A stretch of DNA of 61,611 nt, the filler included. It is 6 parts of 6 records of this genome, joined end to end, with 100 filler letters (N's around TTAATTAATTAA, not from the genome) between each part and the next. Parts side by side here need not be neighbours in the genome. Positions count along the whole stretch, not along the records: positions 1 to 7,137 come from DRR723986_8572; positions 7,238 to 19,557 come from DRR723986_8576; 4 more parts are not named here. One strand, given 5' to 3'. The translations under genes were made by a program, and so were the position numbers. Positions 1-11,226 of this stretch are shown one piece after another. The notes beneath the pieces were generated by a model. It worked only from the letters and a program-made list of their open reading frames with translations, was not told the origin of the DNA and did not search any database. Numbering within the stretch: the stretch's first letter is position 1; the number at the start of each line of letters is the position of its first letter.

Positions 1-35
1 GGACGCAGCGCAGCGAAGATCCGGGATCGGTGAGC
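1..35. repeat. Probable truncated REP-like palindromic repeat at contig start
   Basis: GGACGCAGCGCAGCGAAGATCCGGGATC resembles the right part of the rhizobial-type REP hairpin (..ATCCCGG..CCGGGATC); non-coding and at a contig end. Confidence 0.4.
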
Positions 36-187
36 CAAAGACCATCTTGGGAAGGTACGCTTTGCCTTGGGTGCCGCTGGCTCTCCATTCCCCGCTCGCG
101 CATAGCGTTGCTGGGGCGACGGCAATATCGCTGAAGAGCCGAAGCCGGCAGCGGAACTGCCGGCCTCATAACGCGATTTCCGCTGGC

Positions 188-3100
188 TTACGCGGTGCCG
201 CAGATTTCCGCGAGCAGGCTTGCCGCCACGGAGAATTTCGACACGCTGAGACCGCCGTCGAGGATTTCGGAAACCGAGCGTTTGCGCCGGCCCACTTCCG
301 CCTCGTGTTCCTCCAGCCAGCTTGTAAAACCGCCGGCGCGAACCGCCGCGATGGCCAGGGCGCGCTGCGCGGAGACCAGCATGGCCCGTGCCCGGTCGAG
401 CGCGAGACCGTCGTAGTAGTCCCGGACGTCGAGATCGTTGGCGAGCTCGAGCATCGCACCGAGCTGGAAGTGGTGAGCAACTTCGAAATAGGCCCTTGCA
501 GCCGTATCCAGATCTGCCCCGGTTTCTTCCGACACGATGACGATATCGGGAATGGCCCGCTCGGCCGGCAGCCAGGCGATCCGCCGGGCGAGGCTTTCCG
601 GAACACCCTGCTCCACGAAGGCTGCAGTGCGCTCCGCCAGAACCGCGGCGGGTTCTTCCGGCAAGACCGCTTCCAGGCGGTCGCGCAGCGCGGCGATACC
701 GGCACGGAACCGCTCGACAACGGCAAACAGGCCCTTGTCGAAGGACACGTTGCGCTTGAACCAGACGACCCGTTCCAGAAGCAGCGACTGGATTTCCGAA
801 TAGAGCTCCAGCTGCAGAGCGCCGTCGATCTTCGTGTCGAGCTGGTCGATCTCCGTGTTGAGATCGGTCAGGTCGTAGCTGTTGCGCACGGCAACGAAGC
901 CCTGAGCGATTTCGGTCGCGGTTGCGTCGGTCTGGTCACGCAGACGGGTGATGAAGGTCGCTCCGCCCCGGTTGATCATCGAGTTGGCCAGCATCGTGGC
1001 GATGATTTCACGCCGCAGGCGGTGGCCGCTGATCTCGTCCTTGTAGGTGTCGGCCATCTGGTCCGGGAAATAGCGGAACAGTTCGCGCGCCAGATAATCG
1101 TCGTCCGGAACCGAGCTTTCCAGCAGCGCGTCGTAAAGCGTGATCTTGGCATAGGCCAGCAGCACGCCCAGTTCGGCGCGGGTCAGCAGCAGCCCGGCCT
1201 TGCGCATCTCGTCGAGTGTTGCCTCGTCCGGCAGCTGTTCGACCACCCGGTCCAGAAGGCCTGCCTGTTCCAGCTGGCGCATCATGCGCACCTGGTAGCC
1301 GAAGTCTTCCATGCCGCGCAGTTCGGTCATGGAGATGGCCAGGGTCTGCAGATAGTTGTTCCGCAACACGAGTTCGGCGACCTCGTCGGTCATTTCAGCC
1401 AGAAGTTCGTTGCGCTGCTCGATGGTCAGCTTGCCGGATTTCACCGCGGCGCCGAGGGCGATCTTGATGTTGACCTCCATGTCCGAGGAGTTCACCCCGG
1501 CGGAATTGTCGATCGCATCGGAGTTGCAGCGTCCACCCTTCTTGTTGAACTCGATACGGGCGAGCTGGGTCAGGCCGAGGTTGGCACCTTCGCCGATCAC
1601 CTTTGCGCCGATTGCCGATGCGGTGATGCGGATCGGGTCATTGGCGCGATCGCCCACATCGGCGTCCGTCTCGGACTTGGCGCGAATATAAGTGCCGATA
1701 CCGCCGAACCACAGCAGGTCGACTTCCATCTTCAAGATGGCGGTCATCACTTCCTGCGGCGTTGCACTTCCCTTGTTCAGGTTGAGCAGGGACTGCATTT
1801 CCGGTGAAAGCGGAATGGACTTCAGCTGGCGCGAGAAGATGCCGCCACCCTTGGAAATCAGGTCGGTGTTGTAGTCCTTCCAGGACGAGCGGCCGAGGTC
1901 GAACATTCGCTTGCGCTCTTCCCAGGTCTTTGCCGGGTCCGGATCCGGATCGATGAAGATGTCGCGGTGATCGAAGGCCGCGATCAGTCTGGTTGCTTTC
2001 GACAGCAACATGCCGTTGCCGAAGACGTCGCCGGACATGTCGCCGACACCGGCCGCCGTGAAGGGCTGGGTCTGGATATCCCGGTTCATCTCGCGGAAGT
2101 GCCGCTTGACCGCTTCCCAGGCGCCGCGTGCGGTGATGCCCATCTTCTTGTGATCGTAGCCGGCGGACCCGCCGGAGGCGAAAGCGTCGCCAAGCCAGAA
2201 ATGCCTTCCTTCCGAAATGCCGTTGGCCGTATCGGAGAAGGTGGCCGTGCCCTTGTCGGCTGCCACCACCAGATAGGGGTCGTCACCGTCATAGCGCTGC
2301 ACGCGCTCCGGCGGCAGGATGTTGTCCTCGCCGAGGTTGTCGGTCACGTCCAGAAGGGCGTTGATGAAGATCTTGTAGCTTTCGGTGCCTTCCTTGAACC
2401 AGGCATCGCGATCGCTCATCGGCGGCAGGTTCTTGGGCACGAAACCACCCTTGGCACCGACCGGGACGATCACTGCGTTCTTCACCTGCTGTGCCTTCAC
2501 CAGGCCGAGCACTTCGGTGCGGAAGTCCTGCGGCCGGTCAGACCAGCGCAGGCCGCCACGGGCAACCATGCCGAAACGAAGGTGCACGCCTTCCACGCGG
2601 GGGCTGTAGACGAAGATTTCCCGGAACGGACGCGGTTGGGGCAGGTCGTCGATCTGGCGGCTGTCGATCTTGAAGGCAAAGGTCGGCTTGGGCTGCCCCT
2701 TCTTGTCGAGCTGGTAGAAGTTCGTGCGCAGGATCGATTCAATCGTGTTCTGGAACCGGCGCAGGATGCGGTCGTCGTCAAGGCTGGCGACGTCCTCCAG
2801 ATCGGCGGTGAGTTCGCTTTCCAGCCGTTCCGTGCCGAGGTCCCTGTCCTTTTCGGTGACATCCGGGTTGAAGCGCAGGTGGAACAGTTCGACCAGTTTG
2901 GCCGCGATCTTCGGGTAGTTGTTGAGCGTGGACCACATATAGTCTTCGGAAAAGCGGATACCGGCCTGGCGCAGGTATCTCGACAGCGCGCGGATCACCG
3001 CCACGTCGCGCCAGGCAAGCTCCGCCGTCAGCACCAGGCGGTTATAGCCGTCGTCTTCCGCCAGCCCGGTCCAGACTGCCATGAACATGCTTTCCAGCCG

Positions 3101-4999
3101 GGATTGCAGCTGATCGGAAAAGACGATGTCTTCGCCGCTGCGCGATTCCAGCGTCATTTCGTGCAGGTAGGACAAGGGGGCATCGGCCGGCGTGACGCGG
3201 TAGGTCCGCTCGTTGATCACCCGGAAACCCATGTTTTCCAGGAGCGGCACGCGCGCGGACAGCGGGATCGGCGAACCGCGGTGATAGACCTTCAGCGACA
3301 GGCGGCTGTCCCTGGTGCCTGCCTGGCGGTGGAACGTGATGGTGGTGTCGTTCTTGTCGGACAGGGTTTCCAGCTTGACGATGTCGAACAGCGCGGACTG
3401 GGCGTTGTAGACTTCCTTGTAGCCGCCATGGAACGAAAGCGCGTAACGGTCGGCCAGCTTGCGGGCCTGCGAGGGTGCGAATTCGTCCTTGAGCGCATCG
3501 CGCACGCTGTCGGACCAGGTGCGCACCATGTCGGCAACGGCGGCCTCCAGCTCTTCCTGCTGCGGCGTCGGCGTTTCCCCGCGATCGCGGCCGATGATGT
3601 AGTGAACCCGCGCCAGCGGACCTTCTGGATAGGTAACGTACCAGGCTGACACGCGTCCTTCATAGACCGAGGCCAGATAGGTGCCGACGTTCAGGCGCAC
3701 TTCGGTGGAATAGCGGTCACGCGGGACGAAGACCAGAATGGAGACATAGCGGTCGAACTTGTCCGGGCGGGACAGCACGCGAATGCGCGGGCGCTCGTCC
3801 AGCTGCAGGATGGCGATGGAAAAGTCGAACAGGCGCTCCCGTTCGATCTGGAACAGCTCGTCACGCGGGAAAGCTTCCAGAACGTTGCGGAGGGCGCGAC
3901 CGGAATGGCTTTCCGACCCGTAGCCGGCGCGGGCCAGAACGCTGGCAACCTTGCGCCGCAGGAACGGGATGGTGCTGGTCGGTTCGGTATAGGCGGTCGA
4001 GGCGAACAGGCCGACGATGCGCAGCTCGCCGTTCATGTTGCCTTCGTCGTCATAAAGCTTGGCGCCGACGTAATCCATGTGCACGCGCCGGTGCACGGTG
4101 CTCTTCACGTTGGCCTTGGCAATGATCAGCGGTTCGGGTTTCTTCAGGAACTCGCGAATTTCCGGCGTGATCTGCACGAACTCTGTGCCGCGGCGGAGAA
4201 CGCGCACATCCGGGTCGGACAAGAGGCCGAGGCCCGTGCCCTCATGGGGGGAAAGCTCGCCCTCCTCGACGCCGCCTTCGAACATGTATTCGCGCATGCC
4301 GAGGAAAATGAAGTTGTCGTTCTCCATCCACTCCAGGAAGTGGATTGCCTCCCACAACTCGTCGCTGCTGCCGGGGATTTGCGTGGTCTTGTAGGTGTCG
4401 ATGGCCTCCGCCAGGCGTTCCTGCATCGGCTTGAAGTCCGACACGACGGCGCGGACATCGGACAGAACCTTGTCGAGCCGTGCCTTGAGGGCTGCGCGGG
4501 CTTCGGGCGAATCAATCCGTGTCACGTGGATATGGATGAGGCTTTCCTGCCGGTCGGTCCGCTTCGGTGGTTTCTTGCGGGCCGTGGCGCTTGTCAGTTT
4601 GCCGTTGTCATCCCGTTCCACGATGAAGATCGGGTGCAGGACCAAATGCACTTCGATCTTGCTTTCCTGCAGCTCGTCCATGACGGAATCGACCAGGAAG
4701 GGCATGTTGTCGTTGACGATCTCGATAATCGAGACGCCCTTGACCTTGCTGCCCTGGGCCTTGAACGCCGGATCGGCGATGCTGACACGATGCGTGCCGA
4801 GTTCGTGGTTCTGGAAATCCTGCCAGGCGTCCCGGGCAAAGCCGGTCAGCTCTTCCGCGGTGTAGGCCACGAGGTCTTCCGCTGCGCCCCGGTCATAAAA
4901 GGCGCGGGAAAACTCGGCGAGAGCCGGATCTTCCTGATTCAAGGTTGCTTGGACCGCGTCGATGAGTTTGAGTTTCTCGACGTCGTGTTTGTCCGGCAT
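188..4999 (-). CDS. gdhB: NAD-specific glutamate dehydrogenase (large, GDH2 type)
   Basis: 1603 aa; motifs ARGGLRWSDR, KAQQVKNAVIVPVGAKGGF, DDPYLVVAADKGTATFSD, GVGDMSGDVFGNGML. Confidence 0.95.
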   Translation of the reverse strand: MPDKHDVEKLKLIDAVQATLNQEDPALAEFSRAFYDRGAAEDLVAYTAEELTGFARDAWQDFQNHELGTHRVSIADPAFKAQGSKVKGVSIIEIVNDNMPFLVDSVMDELQESKIEVHLVLHPIFIVERDDNGKLTSATARKKPPKRTDRQESLIHIHVTRIDSPEARAALKARLDKVLSDVRAVVSDFKPMQERLAEAIDTYKTTQIPGSSDELWEAIHFLEWMENDNFIFLGMREYMFEGGVEEGELSPHEGTGLGLLSDPDVRVLRRGTEFVQITPEIREFLKKPEPLIIAKANVKSTVHRRVHMDYVGAKLYDDEGNMNGELRIVGLFASTAYTEPTSTIPFLRRKVASVLARAGYGSESHSGRALRNVLEAFPRDELFQIERERLFDFSIAILQLDERPRIRVLSRPDKFDRYVSILVFVPRDRYSTEVRLNVGTYLASVYEGRVSAWYVTYPEGPLARVHYIIGRDRGETPTPQQEELEAAVADMVRTWSDSVRDALKDEFAPSQARKLADRYALSFHGGYKEVYNAQSALFDIVKLETLSDKNDTTITFHRQAGTRDSRLSLKVYHRGSPIPLSARVPLLENMGFRVINERTYRVTPADAPLSYLHEMTLESRSGEDIVFSDQLQSRLESMFMAVWTGLAEDDGYNRLVLTAELAWRDVAVIRALSRYLRQAGIRFSEDYMWSTLNNYPKIAAKLVELFHLRFNPDVTEKDRDLGTERLESELTADLEDVASLDDDRILRRFQNTIESILRTNFYQLDKKGQPKPTFAFKIDSRQIDDLPQPRPFREIFVYSPRVEGVHLRFGMVARGGLRWSDRPQDFRTEVLGLVKAQQVKNAVIVPVGAKGGFVPKNLPPMSDRDAWFKEGTESYKIFINALLDVTDNLGEDNILPPERVQRYDGDDPYLVVAADKGTATFSDTANGISEGRHFWLGDAFASGGSAGYDHKKMGITARGAWEAVKRHFREMNRDIQTQPFTAAGVGDMSGDVFGNGMLLSKATRLIAAFDHRDIFIDPDPDPAKTWEERKRMFDLGRSSWKDYNTDLISKGGGIFSRQLKSIPLSPEMQSLLNLNKGSATPQEVMTAILKMEVDLLWFGGIGTYIRAKSETDADVGDRANDPIRITASAIGAKVIGEGANLGLTQLARIEFNKKGGRCNSDAIDNSAGVNSSDMEVNIKIALGAAVKSGKLTIEQRNELLAEMTDEVAELVLRNNYLQTLAISMTELRGMEDFGYQVRMMRQLEQAGLLDRVVEQLPDEATLDEMRKAGLLLTRAELGVLLAYAKITLYDALLESSVPDDDYLARELFRYFPDQMADTYKDEISGHRLRREIIATMLANSMINRGGATFITRLRDQTDATATEIAQGFVAVRNSYDLTDLNTEIDQLDTKIDGALQLELYSEIQSLLLERVVWFKRNVSFDKGLFAVVERFRAGIAALRDRLEAVLPEEPAAVLAERTAAFVEQGVPESLARRIAWLPAERAIPDIVIVSEETGADLDTAARAYFEVAHHFQLGAMLELANDLDVRDYYDGLALDRARAMLVSAQRALAIAAVRAGGFTSWLEEHEAEVGRRKRSVSEILDGGLSVSKFSVAASLLAEICGTA

Positions 5000-5106
5000 T
5001 TTCCATCCCCTTAGGCGATCGTATGGTTTGGCTCTGTCGCTCGCTCGTTCTAAGACTTAAGTTCATATTTCAGCGACATAAACGGTTTCATGACGGGAGG
5101 AGCAAA

Positions 5107-5673
5107 TTGTCAAGTAAAGTCACGGCCTTGCAAATCGATTCAAATGTAACATTGAGTGAAAAGACACAGGCTTATTTCGACTTGTGCCAGGAGAAGCTGG
5201 GTCTCGTTCCCAACGTCCTCAAGGCATATGCGTTCGACGAAACGAAGCTGCGCGCCTTCACCGACATGTACAACGACCTCATGCTGGGCGAATGTACACT
5301 CTCCAAGCTCGAGAGAGAGATGATTGCCGTTGCGGTATCAGCGGTCAACCGCTGTTTTTATTGTCTGACGGCTCATGGTGCTGCGGTGCGCGAGCTTTCC
5401 GGGGACCCCGTGCTGGGGGAACTGATGGTGATGAACTACCGCGTTGCGGACCTTTCGCCAAAGCAGCGGGCGATGCTCGACTTCGCCGTCAAGTTGACGG
5501 AGAAGCCGGCGGAAATCGTGGAAAGCGACCGGCAAGCCCTGCGCGATGTCGGGTTTACGGATCGCGACATCTGGGACATCGCCTCGGTAACGGGCTTCTT
5601 CAACATGTCCAACAGGGTGGCAGCGGCGTCCGACATGCGCCCGAATGATGAGTATCACTCAAGGGCCCGTTGA
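5107..5673 (+). CDS. Peroxidase-related carboxymuconolactone decarboxylase/AhpD family protein
   Basis: EREMIAVAVSAVNRCFYCLTAHG CxxC motif; TTG start at 5107 after GGAGGAG RBS. Confidence 0.85.
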   Translation: MSSKVTALQIDSNVTLSEKTQAYFDLCQEKLGLVPNVLKAYAFDETKLRAFTDMYNDLMLGECTLSKLEREMIAVAVSAVNRCFYCLTAHGAAVRELSGDPVLGELMVMNYRVADLSPKQRAMLDFAVKLTEKPAEIVESDRQALRDVGFTDRDIWDIASVTGFFNMSNRVAAASDMRPNDEYHSRAR

Positions 5674-5812
5674 GATAACGGAGCGTCGCGCGGCGGTGAC
5701 AAGCCGCGCGATTGGGTGTATGACGCTTGCGATTTTGCACCGATCTGCCTGACAGCTTTCGGGCCCTGGGGTTCGAAACTGGCGGCGATCACGAGAGGGA
5801 GAGGAACGGGCG

Positions 5813-6763
5813 ATGGTTGCGCGCGTGTTTATTGATGGTGAAGCCGGTACGACGGGTCTGCAGATCCGCGAGCGCCTTGCCATGCGCCGCGACCTTGAGC
5901 TGATCTCCATTCCGGACGAAAGCCGGAAGGATCCGGCAGCCCGGGCCGACTACCTCAACAAGGCCGATATTGCCATTCTTTGCCTGCCGGATGCGGCGGC
6001 CAAGGAAAGCGTTGCCCTGATCGAGAACGACACCACCCGTGTGATTGACGCTTCCAGCGCCCACCGGGTTGCCGAGGGCTGGGCCTACGGTTTTGCCGAA
6101 ATGGACCTCGACCAGGCCGATATCATCGCCGCAGCCATGCGCGTTGCCAATCCGGGCTGCTGGCCGCAAGGCCTGATCGCCGCGGTTCGTCCGCTGATCA
6201 CCGCGGAGCTGCTGCCGTCGGACTTCAACCTGACCTATTTCGGCATCTCCGGGTATTCCGGTGGTGGCAAGGGCATGATTGCCGATTACGAAGCCGCCGG
6301 AACCAGCGCAAATTCGTTTGCGCCGTACGCGCTCGGGTTCAATCACAAGCACCTTCCGGAAATGACGGAATACGGCCTGCTCGACGCAGCTCCACTGTTC
6401 ACTCCGACTGTTGGCGATTTCTACAAGGGCATGCTGACGGTGGTTCCGTTGAACCTGGCAGGCCTTGCCAAGGTGCCGACGGGCGAGCAGCTGCATGCGG
6501 CGATCGCCGATCATTTCGCTTCGGCACCCGGCGGTTTTGTCGAGGTCGCACCGCTGGAAGCGCTCGAGAAATCCGACAGCCTCAACCCGCAGGCGCTCAA
6601 CGACACCAACAAGCTGCATCTGCACGTCTTTGCAAATGACGCCAGGGCGCAGGCCGCGATCGTTGCCGTCTACGACAACCTGGGCAAGGGCGCGTCCGGC
6701 GCTGCCGTCCAGAACCTCAATCTGATGCTCGGTGTCGATCAGACAACCAGCCTTGCTGCGTAA
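5813..6763 (+). CDS. argC: N-acetyl-gamma-glutamyl-phosphate reductase (type 2)
   Basis: [33 protein letters not shown]. Confidence 0.95.
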   Translation: MVARVFIDGEAGTTGLQIRERLAMRRDLELISIPDESRKDPAARADYLNKADIAILCLPDAAAKESVALIENDTTRVIDASSAHRVAEGWAYGFAEMDLDQADIIAAAMRVANPGCWPQGLIAAVRPLITAELLPSDFNLTYFGISGYSGGGKGMIADYEAAGTSANSFAPYALGFNHKHLPEMTEYGLLDAAPLFTPTVGDFYKGMLTVVPLNLAGLAKVPTGEQLHAAIADHFASAPGGFVEVAPLEALEKSDSLNPQALNDTNKLHLHVFANDARAQAAIVAVYDNLGKGASGAAVQNLNLMLGVDQTTSLAA

Positions 6764-6801
6764 GCGGCATCCGTTTTCAGGCCTTTCAGGAGAGAAGAAG
6801 A

Positions 6802-7137
6802 ATGGAAAAATTTGAAACCCTGACCGGTGTCGCAGCGCCGTTGCCGATCGTGAACATCGACACGGACATGATCATTCCGAAGCAGTTCCTGAAGACGATC
6901 AAGCGCACGGGCCTCGGCACCGCGCTGTTCCACGAAATGCGCACCAACGACGACGGATCGGAGAACGAGAGCTTCGTTCTCAACAAGGCCGCCTACCGCA
7001 ATGCCAAGATCCTGATCGCCGGCGACAACTTCGGCTGCGGTTCCTCGCGCGAGCATGCGCCCTGGGCGCTGCTTGATTTCGGCATCCGCTGCGTGATCTC
7101 CACCTCGTTCGCCGACATCTTCTACAACAACTGCTTC
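6802..7137 (+). CDS. leuD: 3-isopropylmalate dehydratase small subunit, 3'-truncated at contig end
   Basis: [29 protein letters not shown]. Confidence 0.95.
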
Positions 7138-7237
7138 NNNNNNNNNNNNNNNNNNNNNNNNNNNNNNNNNNNNNNNNNNNNTTAATTAATTAANNNNNNN
7201 NNNNNNNNNNNNNNNNNNNNNNNNNNNNNNNNNNNNN
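7138..7237. other. Artificial contig spacer
   Basis: N-run with TTAATTAATTAA all-frame stop linker. Confidence 0.99.
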
Positions 7238-8856
7238 GCCTTGCGGATGCAGGTCAGCATGCCAAGGGCCAGCACATCCACCTTCATGATGCCGAGGGCG
7301 TTGATGTCGTCCTTGTCCCATTCGATGAAGGTGCGCTTGTCCATGGCCGCATTACCGATGGGTACGGTCTCGGTGAGGGGGCCCTGCGTCAGTACGAAAC
7401 CGCCGACATGCTGGGACAGGTGGCGCGGGAACCCGATCAGCTGCCGGGTCAGGAGGATGGCGCGGCGGATCAGCGGGCTGCGCGGGTCGAGCCCCGCCTC
7501 AACGATGCGCTTGTCCGGCATGGCATCGTTCCAGCTACCCCAGACGCCATTGGCCAGCGCACTGGAAATGTCCTCGCTGAGGCCGAGCGCCTTGCAGACT
7601 TCACGCACGGCGGAGCGGGAGCGGTAGGAAATCACTGTTGCCGTCAGGGCGGCGCGGCGGCGGCCATACCGTCCGTAGACATACTGGATCACTTCTTCGC
7701 GGCGTTCATGTTCGAAATCGACGTCGATGTCCGGCGGCTCCCGCCGTTCGCGCGACAGGAAGCGGGCGAACAGCAGCTTGGTCAGGGTCGGGTCGACGCT
7801 GGTAATGCCGAGACAGTAGCAGACGGCAGAATTCGCCGCAGAGCCGCGCCCCTGGCACAGGATGTCCTTGCTGCGCGCCCAGGCAACGATGTCGTGTACA
7901 GTCAGGAAATAGGGCGCGTAGGAAAGCTCCTCGATGAGGGCAAGTTCCTCTTCCAGCTGCCGGGAGACCTGTTCCGGAATGCCATTCGGATAGCGGCTTG
8001 CCGCGCCTTCCCAGGTGAGCTTCGTCAGGTGGTTTTGCGGCGTCGCGCCGGAGGGAACGGGTTCGTCCGGATATTCATAGGCCAACTCGTCCAGGCTGAA
8101 ATTACAGCGTTCCGCGATCACCTGCGTCTGTTCGACGGCCGCTTCGAAGCCCTGGAACAGGCGCGCCATTTCGGCCGGGCGTTTCAGGTGGCGTTCCGCG
8201 TTCGCTTCCAGCCGGTAGCCTGCAGTGTCGATGGTGCAGTGTTCGCGGATACAGGTCAGCACGTCCTGCAGGGGGCGGCGGTCCGGCGCGTGGTAGAGCA
8301 CGTCATTGGTCGCGACCAGCGGGACGTTCGCACTGGCGGCGAGTTCCTCCAGCCGGGCGATACGCTCCCGGTTCCGGCCGGAATAGGTGTAGCGTGCGGC
8401 AAGCCAGGTGCGGCCTGGCGCGGCAGCGGCGATCTTGCGCAGCGTATCGGCAAACGCCGCAGGCGGAACAGCGGGCGGCATGACGATCAGTACCTGTCCC
8501 TCGCTGGCGGCGAGGATGTTTTCCAGTGTCAGGTGGCATTCGCCCTTCGGTACGTCCGGCTTCATCTTGCTGTCTGACAGGAGGCGCGACAGGCGGCCAT
8601 AGGCAGTCCGGTCCATCGGGTAGGCCAGGATCTCCGGTCCCTCCAGCGGCACCAGCCGTGCCCCGACCAGCAGCTTCAGCCCGGCTTCCTTCGCCGCCAC
8701 ATGCGCCCGCACGACCCCGGCCAGCGTGTTGCGGTCCGCGACGCCAATCGCCGACAGGCCCAGCTCCGCCGCCCGCTGCACCAGTTCGGCGCCATGGCTT
8801 GCCCCCCGCAGGAAGGAGAAGTTCGTCGTCACGGCGAGCTCTGCGTAACCACTCAT
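7238..8856 (-). CDS. dnaE2: Error-prone DNA polymerase DnaE2 (ImuC), 3'-truncated
   Basis: PHP domain ([11 protein letters not shown]), [39 protein letters not shown]; follows imuB. Confidence 0.95.
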
Positions 8857-10466
8857 GCCAGCAGCCCCTGCATGAACCAGTCCGGGTGGCTGCCGCGCCC
8901 ATCATCGTAGAGCCCCTCGCGGAAGATCCAGTAGCGGTGGCCGTACTCGTCCTCGACGCGGTAATAGTCCCGCGCGCGGGGCATGGCCTGAACTCCGCTG
9001 CCGGGCGTCGGCAGGTGGGTCCACCATTCCGGCGCGATCCGCTCCGGCCCGTCAGCCTTCACCACGCGGCGCACCACCCGGCGCCAGACGAAGCGCAGGG
9101 GCGGCCCGTCCGGTACTTCGGCGACCGCATCGATCGGCTCGGGCCGGTCCAGCATGCGGAGGGGACGCAGGCCCGGCAGGGTGTCGGGGGGCGGCGGGGT
9201 GTCTTCGGGCAGCTGGCCTACAAAAGGCACGTACCGCTCGGACATGTCCGGCGGGTGGCGCGCCTCCGGCTGGATGATCATGACACGGGCCTCGCCTAGT
9301 CGTGCCTGGATCCGGTCTGCGAGCGCGGAAAGCAGCCCCAAGTCCGTTATAGTCATGGCAAGATCAGTGGATAATGGCTGGCTTCCGGCCTCCATGGGGG
9401 CGGTTCTGAGGGCTTCCAGCAGCAGGAGGTCGATGCCGAAACCGGGGTCGATCCGGTCCAGCCGCTCCCGGAAAAGGTGCAGGATGTGGGCCGGTTTGCG
9501 CACCGGCCGCGCCATGTTGACGGTCAGGCTGCGCGTCTCGCCATCAGAGCGGAACGCATGAAAAACAAAGCCTTGCGCACCAAGGCCATGCGCCGACAGT
9601 TTCGCGCACAGCTCCTCCGTCAGGCGACTCAGGCCCTCGTTGACCCCGGCGCTGTCGCTCAGCGGCTCCGGGCAGGGCAGGCGGGCGGCATAGTCCGGTG
9701 GCGGGCGCAGCGGCGCAAATGGCTCGGCCCGCACGCCCAGCGCCTGATCCAGCCGCAGCATCACCGCCTCCACCGCCTCGCGGGACTGGAAGCGCCGGGA
9801 AAGTGATTTGCGATCAATGCTGTAGAGCTGACCGATCCGAGTCAGGCCGAACCGGCGGAGCAGGGTCAGCACGGGACCCGACAGCCGCAGCGCCCGCACC
9901 GGAAGCGCCGCCAGCCCCGTCCGCTCGGCCCCCGGCGGCAAGATCACCGGCGCCCCATCCTCCGCCACTGTCCGCGCCAGCGCCCAGGCCGCGCCGGGCG
10001 CACCCGCAAAGGCGAGGCGGTGGCCATACCCGGCCTGCGAAACCCGCGCCGACAGGGCCGCCGCCATTCCGGCCTCCCCGCCGAAAAGATGGTCGCAGCC
10101 CGTCGTCTCCAGCAGCAGGCCGTCGTTGCCATCCGTGCACACGAGGGGAGAGAAGCGCACCATCCAGTCCGCAAGGGCCAGCAGGGCAGCGATATCGCTC
10201 TCCCGGTCGAGCTGTTCGGTCATGAGGCCCGGCAGCGCGCTGCGGGCATCCTTGAGGCTCAGCCCGGCATGGATGCCGACGGCCATGGCAGGTGCGTTCG
10301 CCGCCGCGACGGCCAGCCCGTGGGTGGACTTTTCATAGAGAACAAAGGGCTGCGGTTCAGCCGGCCCTGCGCTGGTGTCCGTGCCTTGTGGCGAAGGACG
10401 GCGCCGGGCGCGGCGCAGCCGGTCCAGCGGCCATTCCGGAAACCATATGGAGAGATAGCGTCTCAT
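8853..10466 (-). CDS. imuB: Y-family polymerase-like protein ImuB
   Basis: [10 protein letters not shown] and [16 protein letters not shown]-terminal motifs; lies between imuA and dnaE2; start taken at [10 protein letters not shown]. Confidence 0.9.
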   Translation of the reverse strand: MRRYLSIWFPEWPLDRLRRARRRPSPQGTDTSAGPAEPQPFVLYEKSTHGLAVAAANAPAMAVGIHAGLSLKDARSALPGLMTEQLDRESDIAALLALADWMVRFSPLVCTDGNDGLLLETTGCDHLFGGEAGMAAALSARVSQAGYGHRLAFAGAPGAAWALARTVAEDGAPVILPPGAERTGLAALPVRALRLSGPVLTLLRRFGLTRIGQLYSIDRKSLSRRFQSREAVEAVMLRLDQALGVRAEPFAPLRPPPDYAARLPCPEPLSDSAGVNEGLSRLTEELCAKLSAHGLGAQGFVFHAFRSDGETRSLTVNMARPVRKPAHILHLFRERLDRIDPGFGIDLLLLEALRTAPMEAGSQPLSTDLAMTITDLGLLSALADRIQARLGEARVMIIQPEARHPPDMSERYVPFVGQLPEDTPPPPDTLPGLRPLRMLDRPEPIDAVAEVPDGPPLRFVWRRVVRRVVKADGPERIAPEWWTHLPTPGSGVQAMPRARDYYRVEDEYGHRYWIFREGLYDDGRGSHPDWFMQGLLA

Positions 10467-11097
10467 CGTTCCACTCGAGATCAAAAGCCTGCCCCACGGC
10501 GGCAGGGGCGGTGCGGCAGCGTTCCAGGAGGGCGCGGTAGCGTGGCTGGCCGGGGGCGCGGGGGTCGTGACGGTTCATCGCCGAAAGTTGTGTGCCGACC
10601 CGCCAGCGGGTGGCGGCCGCCGTCGCGCCGCTGCAGCTGTGCGGCAAGAGGAGCGTGACCGGCACGCCATGCTTCTCGGACGCCAGGGCGAGGCGGCGCG
10701 TCGCGGTGAAGTCCGCCTCCTCAAGCTCGACCACGACATGACGGACGGCGCCGGACATGATGCCTTCTTCCGCACTCCAGAGGGCCTCAGCGGATTTGCG
10801 GGCGTTGATGCAGAGCCGCGGCTCCTGCCCGCCGGTCATCTGCTGCAGGGAGGCGGCTGGGATGTGTCCGGCATCCCGGGAAACGCTTGTCTGGCAGATC
10901 CACAGGCAGGCGCCTTTCTGTGTCGGGTGCAGCATGCCAAGGACGAAGCCGGTTGCAGCGGCCCGGTGGCCATAAGCTGTCTCCGTAACCTCATGCACGC
11001 CATGGACGCCCAGCCCGTAAGGGAAGGCGTCTGGCTGCGCCGAGGCAGCTGTGACAGGCCGGATCAGGCCTCTGGCTTTCAGGGTCGTAATGTCCAT
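10357..11097 (-). CDS. imuA: ImuA RecA-like SOS mutagenesis protein
   Basis: ALWSAEEG, TATRRLALASE, AAATRWRV motifs; first gene of the cassette. Confidence 0.85.
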   Translation of the reverse strand: MDITTLKARGLIRPVTAASAQPDAFPYGLGVHGVHEVTETAYGHRAAATGFVLGMLHPTQKGACLWICQTSVSRDAGHIPAASLQQMTGGQEPRLCINARKSAEALWSAEEGIMSGAVRHVVVELEEADFTATRRLALASEKHGVPVTLLLPHSCSGATAAATRWRVGTQLSAMNRHDPRAPGQPRYRALLERCRTAPAAVGQAFDLEWNDETLSLHMVSGMAAGPAAPRPAPSFATRHGHQRRAG

Positions 11098-11099
11098 TT

Positions 11100-11114
11100 G
11101 TTCTTATTTTGTTC
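11100..11114 (-). promoter_or_regulatory. Alphaproteobacterial LexA (SOS) box
   Basis: GTTC-TTATTTT-GTTC, i.e. GAAC-N7-GAAC on the minus strand, 2 nt upstream of the imuA ATG. Confidence 0.9.
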
Positions 11115-11173
11115 TTTTCTGGTGCGTGAGTCAATTCGGCTCACGCGCGGACGGAACCACCGGCGCAAACGAA

Positions 11174-11199
11174 AAGTGCCGGCACAGGGGCCGGCACTT
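11174..11199 (-). terminator. Intrinsic terminator downstream of efp
   Basis: AAGTGCCGGC-acaggg-GCCGGCACTT stem followed by a short T-run on the minus strand. Confidence 0.7.
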
Positions 11200-11226
11200 G
11201 CTTGATCTGAATGGAGCGCTGGTGGC

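Noticed and set aside
47-5014. Long plus-strand ORFs (47-1807, 1967-3649, 3905-5014) antisense to gdhB
   Set aside because: Shadow ORFs typical of GC-rich genes; no motifs, and the minus-strand gene is unambiguous. The same applies to most overlapping ORFs in the track.
7138-7237. TTAATTAATTAA repeated five times in the window
   Set aside because: Artificial linker within N-runs, not a biological repeat
10357-10466. 110-nt overlap of imuA and imuB as a frameshift or recoding site
   Set aside because: Both frames are intact, and such overlaps are common in this cassette
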